A stretch of 64,000 nucleotides of DNA. Origin: Monocercomonoides exilis PA203 (Eukaryota; Protista; Preaxostyla). Where the stretch lies: assembly GCA_001643675.2 (NCBI GenBank), contig LSRY02000069.1, positions 169,227-233,226 on the forward strand. Direction: 5' to 3'. The position numbers were made by a program, and so were the translations under genes. A model generated the notes under the pieces. It made no database searches. It had not been told where the DNA came from and worked only from the letters and a program-made list of their open reading frames with translations. Position 1 is the first letter of the stretch. Each line of letters starts with the position of its first letter. This document shows, piece by piece, positions 26,466 to 39,473 of the stretch.

Positions 26466-27592
26466 TTATTGCAGTTCTTTAAAAACGGTGTCAGCCGCGC
26501 AACTCTCAAACAAGTCTTCAACTTCAATAGCTCTGCTAATCACAGAATTTCGCTGGGAATAAATGCATGTGTCGCTAATAACTCTGTGATCATCATTCGC
26601 ATCTCGAAATACCTGAAAAACGCTGTCAATCAATCTGATTGACTTTTTATTCAACGATTTGCAATCGTCAAGAAATGCTCCAGAACTTGGATCCATCTTA
26701 TTATCGCAAGCTCTTCTTTCGTTTCTCTTCCTCTTTCTTCTTTTTTTCTTTTCCATTCCACACATCTTGTCAGCTCTTCTAATTCTCTTGATGCTTCTCT
26801 CGTAAAATGCAGTTCATTCACAACAACATCTTCCAAAGATCTGTCGTAGGCTAATCTGAAAATTAAAAACTCCCAAGCAGATTGATAGGCAAGATGTGTC
26901 AAATTGTTGTGTTCTTGATGATAAAGGATAATCTCTTTGATTTCATTCAAATGCAATTCTTTATCCATTTTCTAATAAAAAAGAAATGATAAAATAAAGC
27001 AAAATCAATTCAACAAAGGGAGAAAAGAAAGATCATACAAAACATTTCCCAATGTGACATAAAGTCAGCAATACCATTTCCACATCTTTCTAGACTTCTT
27101 TGTTCTCCTCTTTTTTCAATGCAGCTTTCAGAAGGCAAGGCACAGTAATTGATATCAATTCCTTTGAGAAGTCGGATCTTATAGAAACATGGCATTCACA
27201 AAGATCAACCACATTATTTTCATTTCTTTTTTCTTATCTTCATCTTCAATCATCTTCTCGAATCTTTTGTTCAATGAAGAATACCCAAAACCAAAAACAC
27301 ACATATCTTTTAAAACGATGCAATATCCAAAATGTTTCAGCAAACAAAAAGCATTTGCAATTTTTATTTTCCCTTCTTTAATCATTTCGTCCATTTCATC
27401 GATCTATTTTTTTGTGAAGACAGATTCAAATTCTTCTCCCTTCATTTCTTCAATTATTTCATTTATTTCTTCAATTTTCTGCGCTTGTGCATTCTCGTAG
27501 TAATGTCCCATCTCATGAAGAAATTTTTCAAAAAAAAATAAATAGTCAAATGCAATAATCATGAAATAAAAAAAAAAAAAAACAGCAGACAA
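26466..27592 (-). pseudogene. Degraded member of an expanded Monocercomonoides-type uncharacterised helical protein family
   Basis: Segments QKIEEINEIIEEMKGEEFESVFT, LLKHFGYCIVLK, LHLNEIKEIILYHQEHNNLTHLAYQSAWEFLI and VNELHFTREASRELEELTRCVEWKRKKEE resemble, from memory, a highly expanded oxymonad family. Frameshifts and deletions are present. Confidence 0.65.
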
Positions 27593-27944
27593 ACTGAGAT
27601 ATTTTTTGATGAAATTCTATTTGTCCGTATTTCGAAGTTGTCATGCAAATAAATCATCACGATGTTTGTTAATCTTATTGAACAAACAAAAAGTTGAATA
27701 AAATTGTTTTCTGCAATTCAAACGTATTGCATTCTCAATGATATCAAATTTCACACCATTACGGAAAGAAATATTCATATTTTATTGGATTATATAAAAT
27801 ATAACTTGAATTGTGACTTGAATCATATTGTAATGGGATCGATTGATCAATCGTTTTTAATAGGAAATTAATTAAATTATGAAAATTTACTATTAAATGT
27901 TATATTTCAATTGTTCATTTTTTTGCAATAATAGAAACAACAAT

Positions 27945-27946
<2 letters not shown>

Positions 27947-27990
<44 letters not shown>
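27947..27990. repeat. Poly-T tract (44 nt) near the right end of the TIR element
   Basis: Directly visible. Confidence 0.95.
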
Positions 27991-27991
<1 letters not shown>

Positions 27992-28762
27992 GAAGTGGAA
28001 AATTGGTGACGGACGTGACGAATTTTTTTCTTCACGTCACCCAGGGTTAATAAATACTTATTGCTTTTAACGTTAATTTAAGTAATATGGAAAAAACTGA
28101 AGATGAATTCTAGATAAAAAAATTTTATATTTTCGAATCTGAATCAAAATCGAAATGGAAAAAATATCAATGAAATGAAAAAAATACGAAAAATATTAAC
28201 AATCGTTCACCAATCAAAATGACATAAATAAACAAAAAGTACTTCATGATATTGATCATTAAAAAAATTGAAAACAGTCAGATATATTCTAATCAGATTC
28301 AATAACTTTCAAAAAAACACAATTCTGTCACATAATCATAAAACAATCACCAAATATCAACTAAATATTAGCAATTTTGAACAATAAAAGATATGAGAAA
28401 AAACAATACTTCAACATCAAAATAACTGTATCAAAGACAATTCCTAACAAAAAAGAATACTTATATAAAAAGTTCAAAAATCTATAAGTCCATTTTCCAT
28501 CTGTTTTCCATCCACTCTTCCCTTTCTTATATTTCTCTCCCTTTGACTCAAAAAGATCAAATCCAACATTGAAAAAAGACAGACACAATGATAAGACAAC
28601 ATATCACACTCTCAACAACTCTCCCTTTCATAAACCTCACCCAAAGATCAATGAATTCCCTCACAACTCTCTCTATTAATGAATCTCGATAAATACATAT
28701 ATATGCGGGACAATAACCAATTTTATTATAGAAACAATATAGGGACAAAAACCACAAGAAAA

Positions 28763-28910
28763 CATTCGGATTCTAACTGTTGTGCACCTGGGAGGCTGTT
28801 CGTCGTATCCAGGTCCGGATAAAGCAGCCCGAAGGCTGCAATATCTAATACGAACAGTCATGTCCAGCACCCTTCCGATTGAGTGCCAGCTGAGCATACA
28901 CAACAACTAG
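28763..28910 (-). ncRNA. Putative structured RNA, copy 2
   Basis: Reverse complement matches 12933-13080 except tccgaatg for tccgattg. Directly follows the TAA stop at 28915-28917. Confidence 0.7.
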
Positions 28911-28914
28911 TTTC

Positions 28915-30278
28915 TTAATAGGGGACACCAAAAGAACAATTTTGAGATTCATTAATAGAAGAAGAGTCAAGAAGAAGCTCAAATCTCCTTGAAAGAAGAT
29001 CTTGAGAAGATTGAGAAAGAAGAGAAGAGTTAGATGATGTGATATCAGAGTGAAATGACTTTCTTGAACGTTGAACTTTTTCTTTCATTGTTGAAGATTC
29101 GAGTGCAACCAGAGAGCGTTGAGGAAGATATCCAACAGCAGATGCGCAGACAAATGAGCCCTTGCGCTCAAAATACAAGTAATCTTTCATGTGGGGAACT
29201 GACAATGATGGCCATGAGATTTGTTGAGATGGTACATATTCTTCAAAGTACCTCTCATGCACACACTCCTTGATAGATGATGACGATGGGGAGTTGTTTG
29301 ATGAGGATGATTCAAAAACATTAAATTGTGATGATGATGAAACAGATGTCGAAACATTCATATTGCTTTCGAAGAAGTTGATTAAGTCATGAAGTGTGGT
29401 GATGTGTTCAGTCGAAAGATTGTTGTCGATTGCATTCACTAACGCACCAAATTCACTATCACAAATATTTTTTCCATGGTGTTCAGCGAAGAAATTGAGT
29501 TGGGTGTTTTTCTTTTTGAGAAGTTTGGATTGTTTGGAGAGAATGAAGTGAAGGAGGAAGCGATTTCGGTTGTGTGGACCCGAATCGCAGAAGAACTTAA
29601 AAGTGTGAGTGTCTGAGAAGAAGTGTCTTTTGATCACAGATTCCAGACACTCAATAACAAATCTGTGATCATTTGAGAGGCAGTCGGAGAAGAAGTTGAA
29701 AGTTCTTTTTATTTGTTGATTATTAATTTTTTGAAGAGAGATGATTGTGAATTGAGAGACTTGTTGGTAATTAAAGAATTCTTGTTGAAGTTAATTTTTT
29801 CTGATAGGGAGTTTCCATTTCTCTTTGAAGTCGAAGACGAAGACTGCTTCTCCCTCTTTCAGATTATCAACAGTTGATTGATAATGTTTTCGTTGCATTT
29901 CTGCAACAAGACGATGTTGACGAAGAAGTTTCAGAGTGTGAAACTCAGCAGAAGAAAGTCCATTTTTGTTTTGCGATGACTTCAATTTGTTTTCCAGATA
30001 GTTGAGCTTCTCGCACATTCCACAAAGGTCAGTTCGTCTTTTCGCTTTGGAAAAGTTGGTGGTGAGTTTGTAGAAGTGTGACAAAGAAACTTTGATATTC
30101 GTTTCTTCTGAAAACTCTTTCCATAATTTTGTCTTGGGCTTGAAGATTAATCTCTTTTCATTGGGAGAAAAGATGCCCGTTTTCTTTCTTCTTTCTTTTA
30201 GTGCTTCCAATCCATAGTTAGTTATTATTGATGAAGAAAGTTGTGGAATGGAAGAAGAATGATGTGGTGGTGTGATGA

Positions 30279-30341
<63 letters not shown>

Positions 30342-30343
30342 CA

Positions 30344-30375
<32 letters not shown>

Positions 30376-32834
30376 AGTTAATGTTGTTGTTGACGATGAT
30401 GATAAGTTATTTGAAGTGTTTAAATTTGATGTTTCTGAAGAGGATGAAGAACCACCAAATTGAATAGCTGATAATGTTGGCTTTGTTTTTTCTTTTGTGA
30501 AAAATGAAAGTGAAGGAATGAAACCCTGAGCGTAAATATCTTTCCATGAAGAACTCCATTTGTCACTATCGAATTCAGAAACATTTTCATCATTGCAAAT
30601 GCTCCAAAAACTGTTGATTCTACTCTTCCTTTTAACAATAACAATGTAATGTCCATTTCTTTGATCCAGACGTTAATATAGTATTTGTCCTGAAAGATGA
30701 TAAATGATTGTTTCCTTATTGCTCTCTTGAAGATGTTGAATGTTTTCTGTTAAAAACCCTTTGCAGAACGTGCGCTTGTTAGTGCGATCAGTTTCAATTA
30801 GAAGCGTTCTCGAAGGCGCAGAACTAGCAGAATCAGTGCATTCATGACAGAGGACCAGCACCTCTGGAAATGCAGTCATTTCCTCCCATCGAGCAGCACA
30901 GCATTTCTCTTTGCATTCATCGCAATAAACATTGTTCTTTCCATCCAAAATTTCTGTTGCAAAAAGTGAAGATAGACCTTTATGAGGAGATGATGAATTT
31001 ATGATAACATTACTACAGGCTTCATTGAAATGATTCGAAACTTTTTGACATTTTTGACATTTGAAATGAGTAATGAGCACAGGATTGAAGGTATCCTTTT
31101 CAAATATCTTATTAATTTGAAGAAGTTGATGAAGATTTTCAAATGCTTCTATCACATTCTGTTGCTGCCTGCTGCTGTATCCGCAAAAGTCTTCCCATTT
31201 GTTGATAAGCGATGGGATCCACGAACGCACTGCCATTCCATCTTTAACCAGTTGTTGACAAACACTTATTACACGCGAAGATGTGTTCTTCATAACTGTT
31301 TGTTTTTTGATAAAAGATGGTTTTTGCGTGATGATAGAAGACATGCATTGAAGAAGAGAAGCCAAAAAGCAAGTGTTTCCCAAGTTTGGTAATCCATTTG
31401 TTATTTGTGATGATGTTTTCGAAGAATTGAATGAATTTGAAGAAGATTGAGAATGAGAATTAATTTTAATTGACTTTTCTTTTGCATTCTTTTTTGAAAT
31501 ATTTTTTGAAGAATTACTTTGTTGATGTATTTCTTTATTTGAAGATTGAATGCTTTGTTGTTGATGTATTGAAATGTCATTCTCTTTTGAAAATGAAGAA
31601 AAGAGAGTTTGAAATGCTTGAGGTGGAATTAATGTGGGTGAAGTGGCATAATCCACTAATTGCTCACAAACCCACACATCATCGTTATTAAAGGAAGTTG
31701 AAGATTCTTCAATTGCATAAGAATTTAAATTTTCTTTCTGTTTCTTTGCGAAAGATGAGGAAGATGAGGAAGATGAGGAAGATGAGGAAGATGAGGAAGA
31801 CGAGGAAGACGAGGAAGACGAGGAAGACGAGGAAGACGAGGAAGACGAGGAAGACGAGGAATTGGATGATGTTGTTTTCTGTTTGAAAAGTTTATGAATT
31901 GGAATTGGAGATGGAAACGAATGACGTTTATGATGTAATTTCTTTGTTTTTCTTTTTGTTGAACTCCTTTCTCTTCTTGTTGGAGTACTGATTGGAGCAT
32001 CAACAGCTTGAGAAGAGGAGGAATTTGAAGATGGAGAATTTTTTTCTGAAATGGGATTAGATTTTTTATTTTGTTGGGACGATGTTGAAGAGGAAGAAGA
32101 TTGTTTTTTATTTGAAGAAGAATTTTCTGTAATAATTTCTTCATCCCACGCTGCTTCGTCTATAAATCTTGTGTAATCTGGCTCAGCTCGCTGCTTTTTC
32201 TTTGCTGACTGAAGCGAAGTTGAGGCTTCAGTCGAATGGGCTAACATCCAGTTATTGCCCTTTTCCCAGTCCTGTTCATTTAAGCCTAAAATAAACACAG
32301 AAAATAATTATAAAAAAATATTAATAAATTCAAACCACTTTTGCAAGAAGGAAGATGAGGTCTTTGAGGCTGGATAATGAAGCCTTGGTTTTTCTTCAGC
32401 GTTTGCTTCGCGTAAGTGAATTTTCCCTCTGTGACATCATATCCATAGTCCTGTAAATCGGATAATGATGTGTTGCATGACAGTGCTTGTAGCATTGTTG
32501 TCTGAGTGTTCAATGGAGCGTTGTTGCACACCACAGACAGGTCTTCCAGCAGCTTAATGTGATATTCTATTTCAAAAAAAATAAATAATAAACAAAAAAA
32601 TAAGAAAATGACAAGGATGACAGTTCATAAATTTTTCAATATAAAACTTGAAAAAATAAAAATCAAACCGTTCAAAGACTTCAGTAAATCGTTAATAACA
32701 GAAGATGATTGTCTATAGTTGTAAAAAAGATAGATGAGCAATGAATCAACGTCATCTCCACCCATTCGTTTTATTTCGTTCCAAAGAGTTTTGGATCTTG
32801 AATTAAGAGTTGATTGAGGTTTTGAAAAAGACAT
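28915..32834 (-). pseudogene. USP-Sola2-like DDD transposase fusion, copy 2 (3 exons; two in-frame TAA stops at ~30673 and ~29791)
   Basis: Exon 1 MSFSKPQSTLNSRSK..., Cys box GLPNLGNTCFLASLLQCM, His box YHLSGQILY*RLDQRNGHYIVIV...ICNDEN. The transposase half is almost identical to copy 1. ORFs 30673, 29791 and 28915 share a frame. Confidence 0.85.
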
Positions 32835-33414
32835 TTTTATTTTGAATGTAATTTAATTATGGTTTGATGATATTGGAAATTGATATGCTGTTGTTTTAAT
32901 AAATAATACTTTTTATAATTTTTTTTTTGGTTTTGTATTTATTTATAGAAAAATTGACAAATAAAATATTCAAAGAGCTTCCAAAAATGAATTATTATTA
33001 TTCAAAATTATCCTTCTAAAATTTGCTTACAAGTCAAAACTGACATGAATCTTATTTCGTTTTCCACATCATTTGAGAATGAAAATATCAAACAATGAAA
33101 ATAAATATAAATTTTTTTAAAATTGTTAAAAATATCATTTATAAAACAAAAAAACAGCATTTCTGTCTCAATCAAAATTTAATGAACATAATTGTTATTT
33201 TTGTGTTTATATTAAAAAATGACTTAAATCAAAATAGGATTTTTTTTATAATTATTGTTTTTGGTAAATGATAAGTTTTTGCAAAAAAAATTTTATTTCA
33301 ATAGTGACAAATAATAAACAATGAAAATTTATTGCATCGATTGAAATTTATAAAATAAGATTGTTTTTTTAAAAAAATGTTTCTGATAATATTCATTCTG
33401 AAAATTGTTCGATT

Positions 33415-33578
33415 TGATCTTATTGATCAATGAAAGATTTTAATTACACGGGAATTTGCAGAAATCGTTTTTGCGTATATTTATCTCTTCTTTATATCAT
33501 TTATTCCATTTAAAACTAAAAATTAATCAATTCTGCAAATTCCCGATCAACGAAAAAATTAAAATTCGAAATGGGTTT
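33415..33578. repeat. Right arm of the imperfect inverted repeat (pairs with 23946-24110)
   Basis: gatcttattgatca...gggaatttgcagaaatcgtt...ttctgcaaattcccgatcaac...gaaatggg. Confidence 0.7.
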
Positions 33579-34701
33579 ATGGAAAAATTTAAAAATTTGA
33601 TTTTTCTGAAAAGGAACTTTGTTTTTTGAAAGCAAAATTCAAATGTGATTCATGTCTTCTTTTATGCTTCTTCTTCCTCGTTGTTTTCAAGTATACTGTT
33701 CTTCATTTCCACCACAAAATTGGAATAAAAGCATTCATCATTTTAAACCTCTTAATTATCATAATTGTTATTACACCTACAATTATGACATCCTTCGTTT
33801 CCTTATCTTTCTTTCTTCTTCGCAAATTCCTTCTGCTCCGCAACACTCATCTCTTTCGACAAGCAAACACAAATTATCTTCTTTTCCATCATCTTCGCCT
33901 GCGCTATTATCTTCCCCGAATCCACTCATTCGTTGAATGATCGAGACGATGCTGCTTTCTCCTTCCTCTTCCTTCTCCTTCCCCTTCTCCACCACCTATC
34001 TTTCAACCAATCCCTTCTCCTCGTCATTCCCATCCATTACCACCACCTCTCATCTCCTTCAGCTTCTGGCAGATCTGATGCTTTCTTCTCAATCTGGCCA
34101 GCTCTTCTTCAGCATAGCCATGTTTGTGAAAGAAGTGTTGAGGGAAATGTGGATGAGAAGAGTGGTGAAGAGGATATTAAGGAGAAGATGGAAAGAGGGG
34201 AGAAGGGAGGGAAGAGAGGGAAGAGGAAGTTGGATGAAGAAAGAAGAGGAAATAATATGGAAGGAGGGCTGTATGGTGTTTGAATAGAAGAAGAAAATGA
34301 AGCTGAAGAGGATAATATGAGATTGGATGAAGGAAAAAGAGAAGAAGAATAAAAAGAATGAAAGATGAGAAGAGAAGAGAAAATCAAGGAAGAAGAAAAA
34401 GAAGAATCCAAAAGAAGTGAAGAAGAAAGGATTTGAAAAAGAGAGCAGTAGATAGAGAATGAAGGAACGAAGAGCGATGAGATGCCCACAGAAAAGGCAG
34501 TCATCGAGTATTGTATGCAAGTACTCACCAACATCGCGAGAATTCGAATAATAACAAATTCTACATTGATCCTGTGCTCCTTGGGCTGGTTGTGGAATTG
34601 ATGAGGTTTGCCTCATCTATTTTTCTTTCTATTTATTTGATCAATTTAATTATATTCTTTTTGAACTTTCATTTACATATTCTTCAAATATTAATTATAA
34701 T

Positions 34702-35445
34702 ATGAATGACATTTCAAATGAAATGATCATCCCCTTCATTCAAAGTGATTCTGTGTCTGTTCTGCGAGTGATGGCGTTCCGCTTCTTTGTGAACTTCTCG
34801 TGCGGCAGCGAAGAAGACATCCAGGGTCTTCTGCTGCAGCCCTCTTTCTTCGACGTCTTCGCCTCCTACCTGTCCTCCTCCTCGTCCTGTCTGCGCCACG
34901 AGGCAGCGCTCCTCGCCTGCAACATCAGCGCCGGCACCTCCTCCCAGGCATGCACCCTCCTCCGGCCGAGGTGTGTCTTCGCCCTCTGCCACATCGCCCA
35001 GGCAGACACACACAGCGCCCAGTGCCACGCGCTGAGGGCACTGAGGAACGTGGGGCTGCTGGGGAAGGAGGCTGCGGGGGTGATTGTGGAGGCAGGATGT
35101 ATCGAGGCAGTGACGCAGATTTTGAAGAGAGGGAGGCATCGGAGTGTGGTGTGCGAGGCGATGGATCTGCTGTGGGTGCTGCTGGGGCAGTGTGAAAAGA
35201 AGGATAATGAAGAAGAGGAAGAAAAAGGAAAAGAAGAAGAAGGACGAGAAGAAGAAGAAGTCAGAGGAAGAGAAGGAAGAGGGATTGCTGATCGGGGGAG
35301 AGTATGTGAAGAAAAGAGGAAGAGGAGGAGGAGGAGGAAGAAGAAGAAGAAGAAGCATAAGAAGATAATGTTAATGAAGAAGGATCCACAATATTTGTCT
35401 TTGGAGGGCATAAAGGTGATAAAAATTGGCTTCGCTACTGTTTGA
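34702..35445 (+). CDS. Importin-alpha-like armadillo-repeat protein fragment
   Basis: FVNFSCGSEEDIQGLL, LRHEAALLACNISAGTSSQ, ALRALRNV and IVEAGCIEAVTQIL are typical importin-alpha C-terminal ARM repeats. Upstream exons (~33650-34600) look degraded. Confidence 0.6.
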   Translation: MNDISNEMIIPFIQSDSVSVLRVMAFRFFVNFSCGSEEDIQGLLLQPSFFDVFASYLSSSSSCLRHEAALLACNISAGTSSQACTLLRPRCVFALCHIAQADTHSAQCHALRALRNVGLLGKEAAGVIVEAGCIEAVTQILKRGRHRSVVCEAMDLLWVLLGQCEKKDNEEEEEKGKEEEGREEEEVRGREGRGIADRGRVCEEKRKRRRRRKKKKKKHKKIMLMKKDPQYLSLEGIKVIKIGFATV

Positions 35446-35711
35446 GAGAAAGTAATAGAATGTTGGGTATTTCTTTTTCATTTTGTTTGCTTGTTGGTTT
35501 GTTGAGAGAAAAAAGAAAAAGAAAAAGAAATGAAAGAGAAAGAGGAAGAGCTGGACGAGTTGAAAGAAGCGATGGATGATGAAAGAGACAGGAAAAAACG
35601 GTTTGCATTTCTTTTGATGAACACGTAGATTGCAATGAGAAGCTACAAAGCTAAAGCGATGGTAATGAGGAGTGGAAGCGGTATCACAGAGAATTCAATG
35701 AGAAGGAGAAA

Positions 35712-38700
35712 TTGCTGAGCAAAGCAAAAGAACTGATCTGGAGGCGCCGAATGTCCAGCAGCTGGAGTGTTATGCGGGGCGCGTTTCTCGAACAGCAGCA
35801 GCAGGAGAACAGGGCAGCCGAGATGTGGAAGTTGAAAAGAGTTAAGTCTCTGTTCTGCCAGTGGAGGAGGAGCATTCAGGAGCGAAAGGATAGAAAAACG
35901 CACAACATGCAAATTGTGGCGCTTTAGCAGCGGCTGGCGGACATCCGGCTGGTGCGTTGGGTGTTCTTTGCGTGGCATTCCGCACACAAAGAGAGGAGCG
36001 AGGTGTGCTTGCGGTGGAAGGCAGCAGAGCAGAAGAAAGAGAGGCTGGCACCACGCAACTTCTTTTTCCGGTCGCGTGTTTCGTATCTGGAGAAAGAAAA
36101 GACTCGCGCTGAAGGGATCAAAGAAGAGCTGTCGCGGCTGACGTCGGCGATGGCGGAGGTGAACATTGCAGCGTCACCCAGAAGCCAAAGCACGAATGCC
36201 CAGGAGCCTTTCGCTGGGGTACCATTTGCAGAGGAGAAGGGGAAGCAGCTGGATGCTGAGCCACTTGCGGAGGAGGATACGATTCACTCCGGACATTCAC
36301 TGCGAATAACACAGTGAGAACGAACATGCCTCAGAGCGCTTCTCACCCCACAACACTGCAAACTCCCTCCGCTTCGCCCAGTTTTGCTGCAGCTCAGACG
36401 CTGTCGCTGTTCCAGCAGCAGAGCTGCAACAGCGCTCTTGTCGACCAGATACGCAGCCTGGCCGCAGAAAATGCGTCTCTTATTCTGTTGCTGAAGGAAT
36501 GCGATGAGCACATAGCAGATCTTGATAGGGCGCTGGCAGAGGTGCTGGTGAAGCAGGAGTCGCTGCAGGCACAGGCTGCTGAAGCGAAGGCAGATATCAA
36601 GCGCTTCGAGCAGATCAAAACAGAACTGGAAGAGCAAGCGGCGTCGCTTATGTCGAGCCAGTCGGAGGAGCAAGTGGAATGGCTGATGGCGAAGCAGAAG
36701 GTGGAGAAAGAAGTGGAGGAGCTTAGAGAAAAAGCAGAGCAGGCAGAAGAATTGAAGCTGAAAGCGTAAGAAAGAGAGGCGCAGTTGAGTGAAGCGAGAG
36801 ACAAAGATGCCGTTGAGACAGCACAGCGGATGAAGGAGACGACAGAACTGGCAGCGCAGCAGAGGGTGATGTTGCAGGAGAAAGAGGCGCAGGATGCTGA
36901 GCTGAAAAGGGAGAAAGAAGAGCTGGAAAAATTGCTGGAAGACAAAGACACGACAGTGCGTGCGACGATCGAAGGGACGAAGGAGCATGAAGAGCAGATG
37001 CCTGCATTCCGAAGCAAGATTGAGAAGCTGAACGAGGCGAATGCGGAGCTGAAGCGCCGGATTTCGGATGCAGTAGATCTGAATGCGGAGAAGGAGCGAT
37101 GCTGCTGCAGCTGAACTACGAAGTAGAGCTGCTGCGGAAAAGAGAGAGTCTGAAAGTGGAGAAGTTCATTTCTTCTGTTGCCTCGCATGCGCGTGTGGCG
37201 TCGGTGAAGCAGGACAGAAAGATGGAAGAACAAGAAAACAGAGAGGAAGAGAACAAGACAGAAGAAGTTGAGGGAGCAAACATGAAAACGAATGATCAGA
37301 ACATCAGTGGAGACGAAATGGAAGCAGAAGCAATCAACCCACAGCAGCAGTCGTCATCAACCAATTTGGCATCTTCTCTGCTTAATCCACTTTCAACTGT
37401 TAATTTAGCAACAACTTCTTCCTCATCAACACTGTCATCTTCATTATCATCTTCATCATTGTCATCATCATCTTCTTTTTCTTCTGACTTTGAGGAATCC
37501 TCTTCATACGCAGCCTCTGTATCCAGCGATAATCTGTCAAAAAGCGCAGCCGGTAGTCCAGAGACCGAACAGAGCTCGTCTTCGAGTGTACTGACGTCAG
37601 AGCCAGACTCCATCAACATGTTCCGCTTTGCGATCGGAGGGTTCTCTCTTCTGTGCAGCTGCGGGCGGATCAGCGAGACGGAGGCAGTGCTGCGTTCAGT
37701 GGTGTTCCCTACGGCTGTGGTTGAGGCGGAGTAGGAAGCGGGGTAAGCGCAGAGTATGTTGTGGATCCGCAACTTCCCCGCTGGCACAGGAGAGCGGGAT
37801 GTGCGGCAGCTGTTTGGGGAGCTTGGGCAGCCGGATTATGTGGCAGTGAACCAGAAGAAGTGATATGCGTTTGTGGCGTTCTTCACGACAGAGGAGGCAG
37901 TCTGTGCAAAGCTGACAGTGGAGGCAGCACTGAAGGAGATGAAGGAGATAAAAGGATATAAGGAAAAGGAAAAGGAAGAGATAGGGGAAGGTGAAGAGAA
38001 GGAAAAGGTGATTGAAAAAGGCAAACAAGAAATAGAAAAACAGTGCTGTATGCATATTGGATATGCGAAAAAGACTATTCCATTGTATCACCATAGTAAC
38101 AACTCAGCAAGAAAAAAGAAGAAAATGAACAAAGTCAAAAATGAGGAAAAGGATGAAAAGGAAGACAACCATAATCACACAATGAAAGAAGGGATCTTTT
38201 CATTGAATCAGAACAAGAACGCTATTTTTCCTACAGCTCCTCTTGAAAATGTTGATTTGGAACATGTGATTGAAAAGATGGCGATGTATGTTGTGGTGAA
38301 AGGAAAAGGATTTGAAACAAAGATGCGGGAAGAGAAGAAGCAGTTCCCGTTGTTCAGTTTCCTGCGTGAAGGTGGAGAAGGGAACGAGTACTACAAATGG
38401 CGTGTTTTCTGTGCACTGAACGGGATTTCGGAGGAAGAAAGCGACAAAAGAGTGATCCGATATGCACAGGGGAAGAGATGGGATGTTCCTGAGTGCTTCC
38501 TCGGAGCCAGACACCCAATAATAAGCAAAATTGTTCGTCCAGATGAAGAGGAAGAAAAATGTGCTGATGGAAAGGAAGAGGCAGAAAAGGGAATAAGAAC
38601 ACAAAATGATGGTGATTGCAATCGAAAACAGTCGAATTTGAAGATTGGTGATTCATCATCTTTATCAAAGTCTTCTTCTTCTTCTTCTCTTTCTTCTTCT

Positions 38701-39473
38701 CTTTCTTCTTCTTCTGCTGCTACTCCTTCTGCGCATTCATCACATCTAACCACATTTTCACCTCTTTCTCAGTCTCAGTCATCTCACACATCACAATTAC
38801 TTCAATCTCCTTCCAATTCAACCCCAACTGCACCAAACATTTCTTCCTCTTCCTCTTCTTCTTCCACAGCACCACCCCTTCCTCCATCTCCACTTCAAAC
38901 TCCTCTTCTTCACCTTCATCTCGTCCCCGTGTCCCTCCTCGTGTTTCCATGAAGTCTCAATCATCGTCTGCCATCACTCACTCTGCTGCTTCTTCTGCTT
39001 CTTCTTCTCAAATTGCCAAGGAGGCAGCAGCTGCTAAGCATCCCTTGCAGACAAGCCAGAGCTTCTCATACATCTCTTCATCTCAACTGAGCAGAGGAAA
39101 CAATTCCACTCAAGCACAATCACCACTTCATGAAACTGTCAAACAACCTTCTCCTTCTGTATCTCCTTCACCTTCGCATTCACCCTCTCCTTCATCCTCT
39201 CCTTCTTCTTCTCCTTCTCAGTCATCGCCATCTCCATCACCCTTGTTGCAGTCTGCCCAACCTCAACTTCAACCATCTTCTTCTTATTCCTCCTCATCTT
39301 CCCCTCTTCCCCTCTTCTTCTTTTTTCTCTTCATAGATAAACAACAAAAAATTGCCATTTTTATTTCATTCAACTTTCGTCAAATTCAGTTCCAATCTTC
39401 TTCTTTTATTTTCTTTTCGGAAGCACAAAACGTATGTTTATTTTATCACAGAATATTAGCAGAAATTATATAG
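35712..39473 (+). pseudogene. Coiled-coil + RRM + SURP(SWAP) domain gene, multiply interrupted
   Basis: SURP motif VIEKMAMYVVVKGKGFETKMREEKKQFPLFSFLREGGEGNEYYKWRV (~38267-38405). RRM-like LWIRNFP...DVRQLFGELG...KK*YAFVAF (~37755-37885). Coiled coil at 36314-37270. In-frame stops and frameshifts. Confidence 0.65.

Larger units (their letters stand above)
24173..28049. mobile_element. Non-autonomous TIR element with an 8-bp TSD (hAT-like), 3877 bp, carrying a host gene-family fragment
   Basis: ATAAATAC|TAACCCTGGGTGACGT ... ACGTCACCCAGGGTTA|ATAAATAC (TSD at 24165-24172 and 28050-28057, 16-bp perfect TIR). Subterminal TGACGT/GACGGACGTGAC motifs at both ends. No transposase inside. Confidence 0.9.

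Noticed and set aside
27947-27990. Poly-T as the tail of a retroposed gene
   Set aside because: It lies at the 5' side of the minus-strand cargo gene, and no retroelement body or separate TSD was found.
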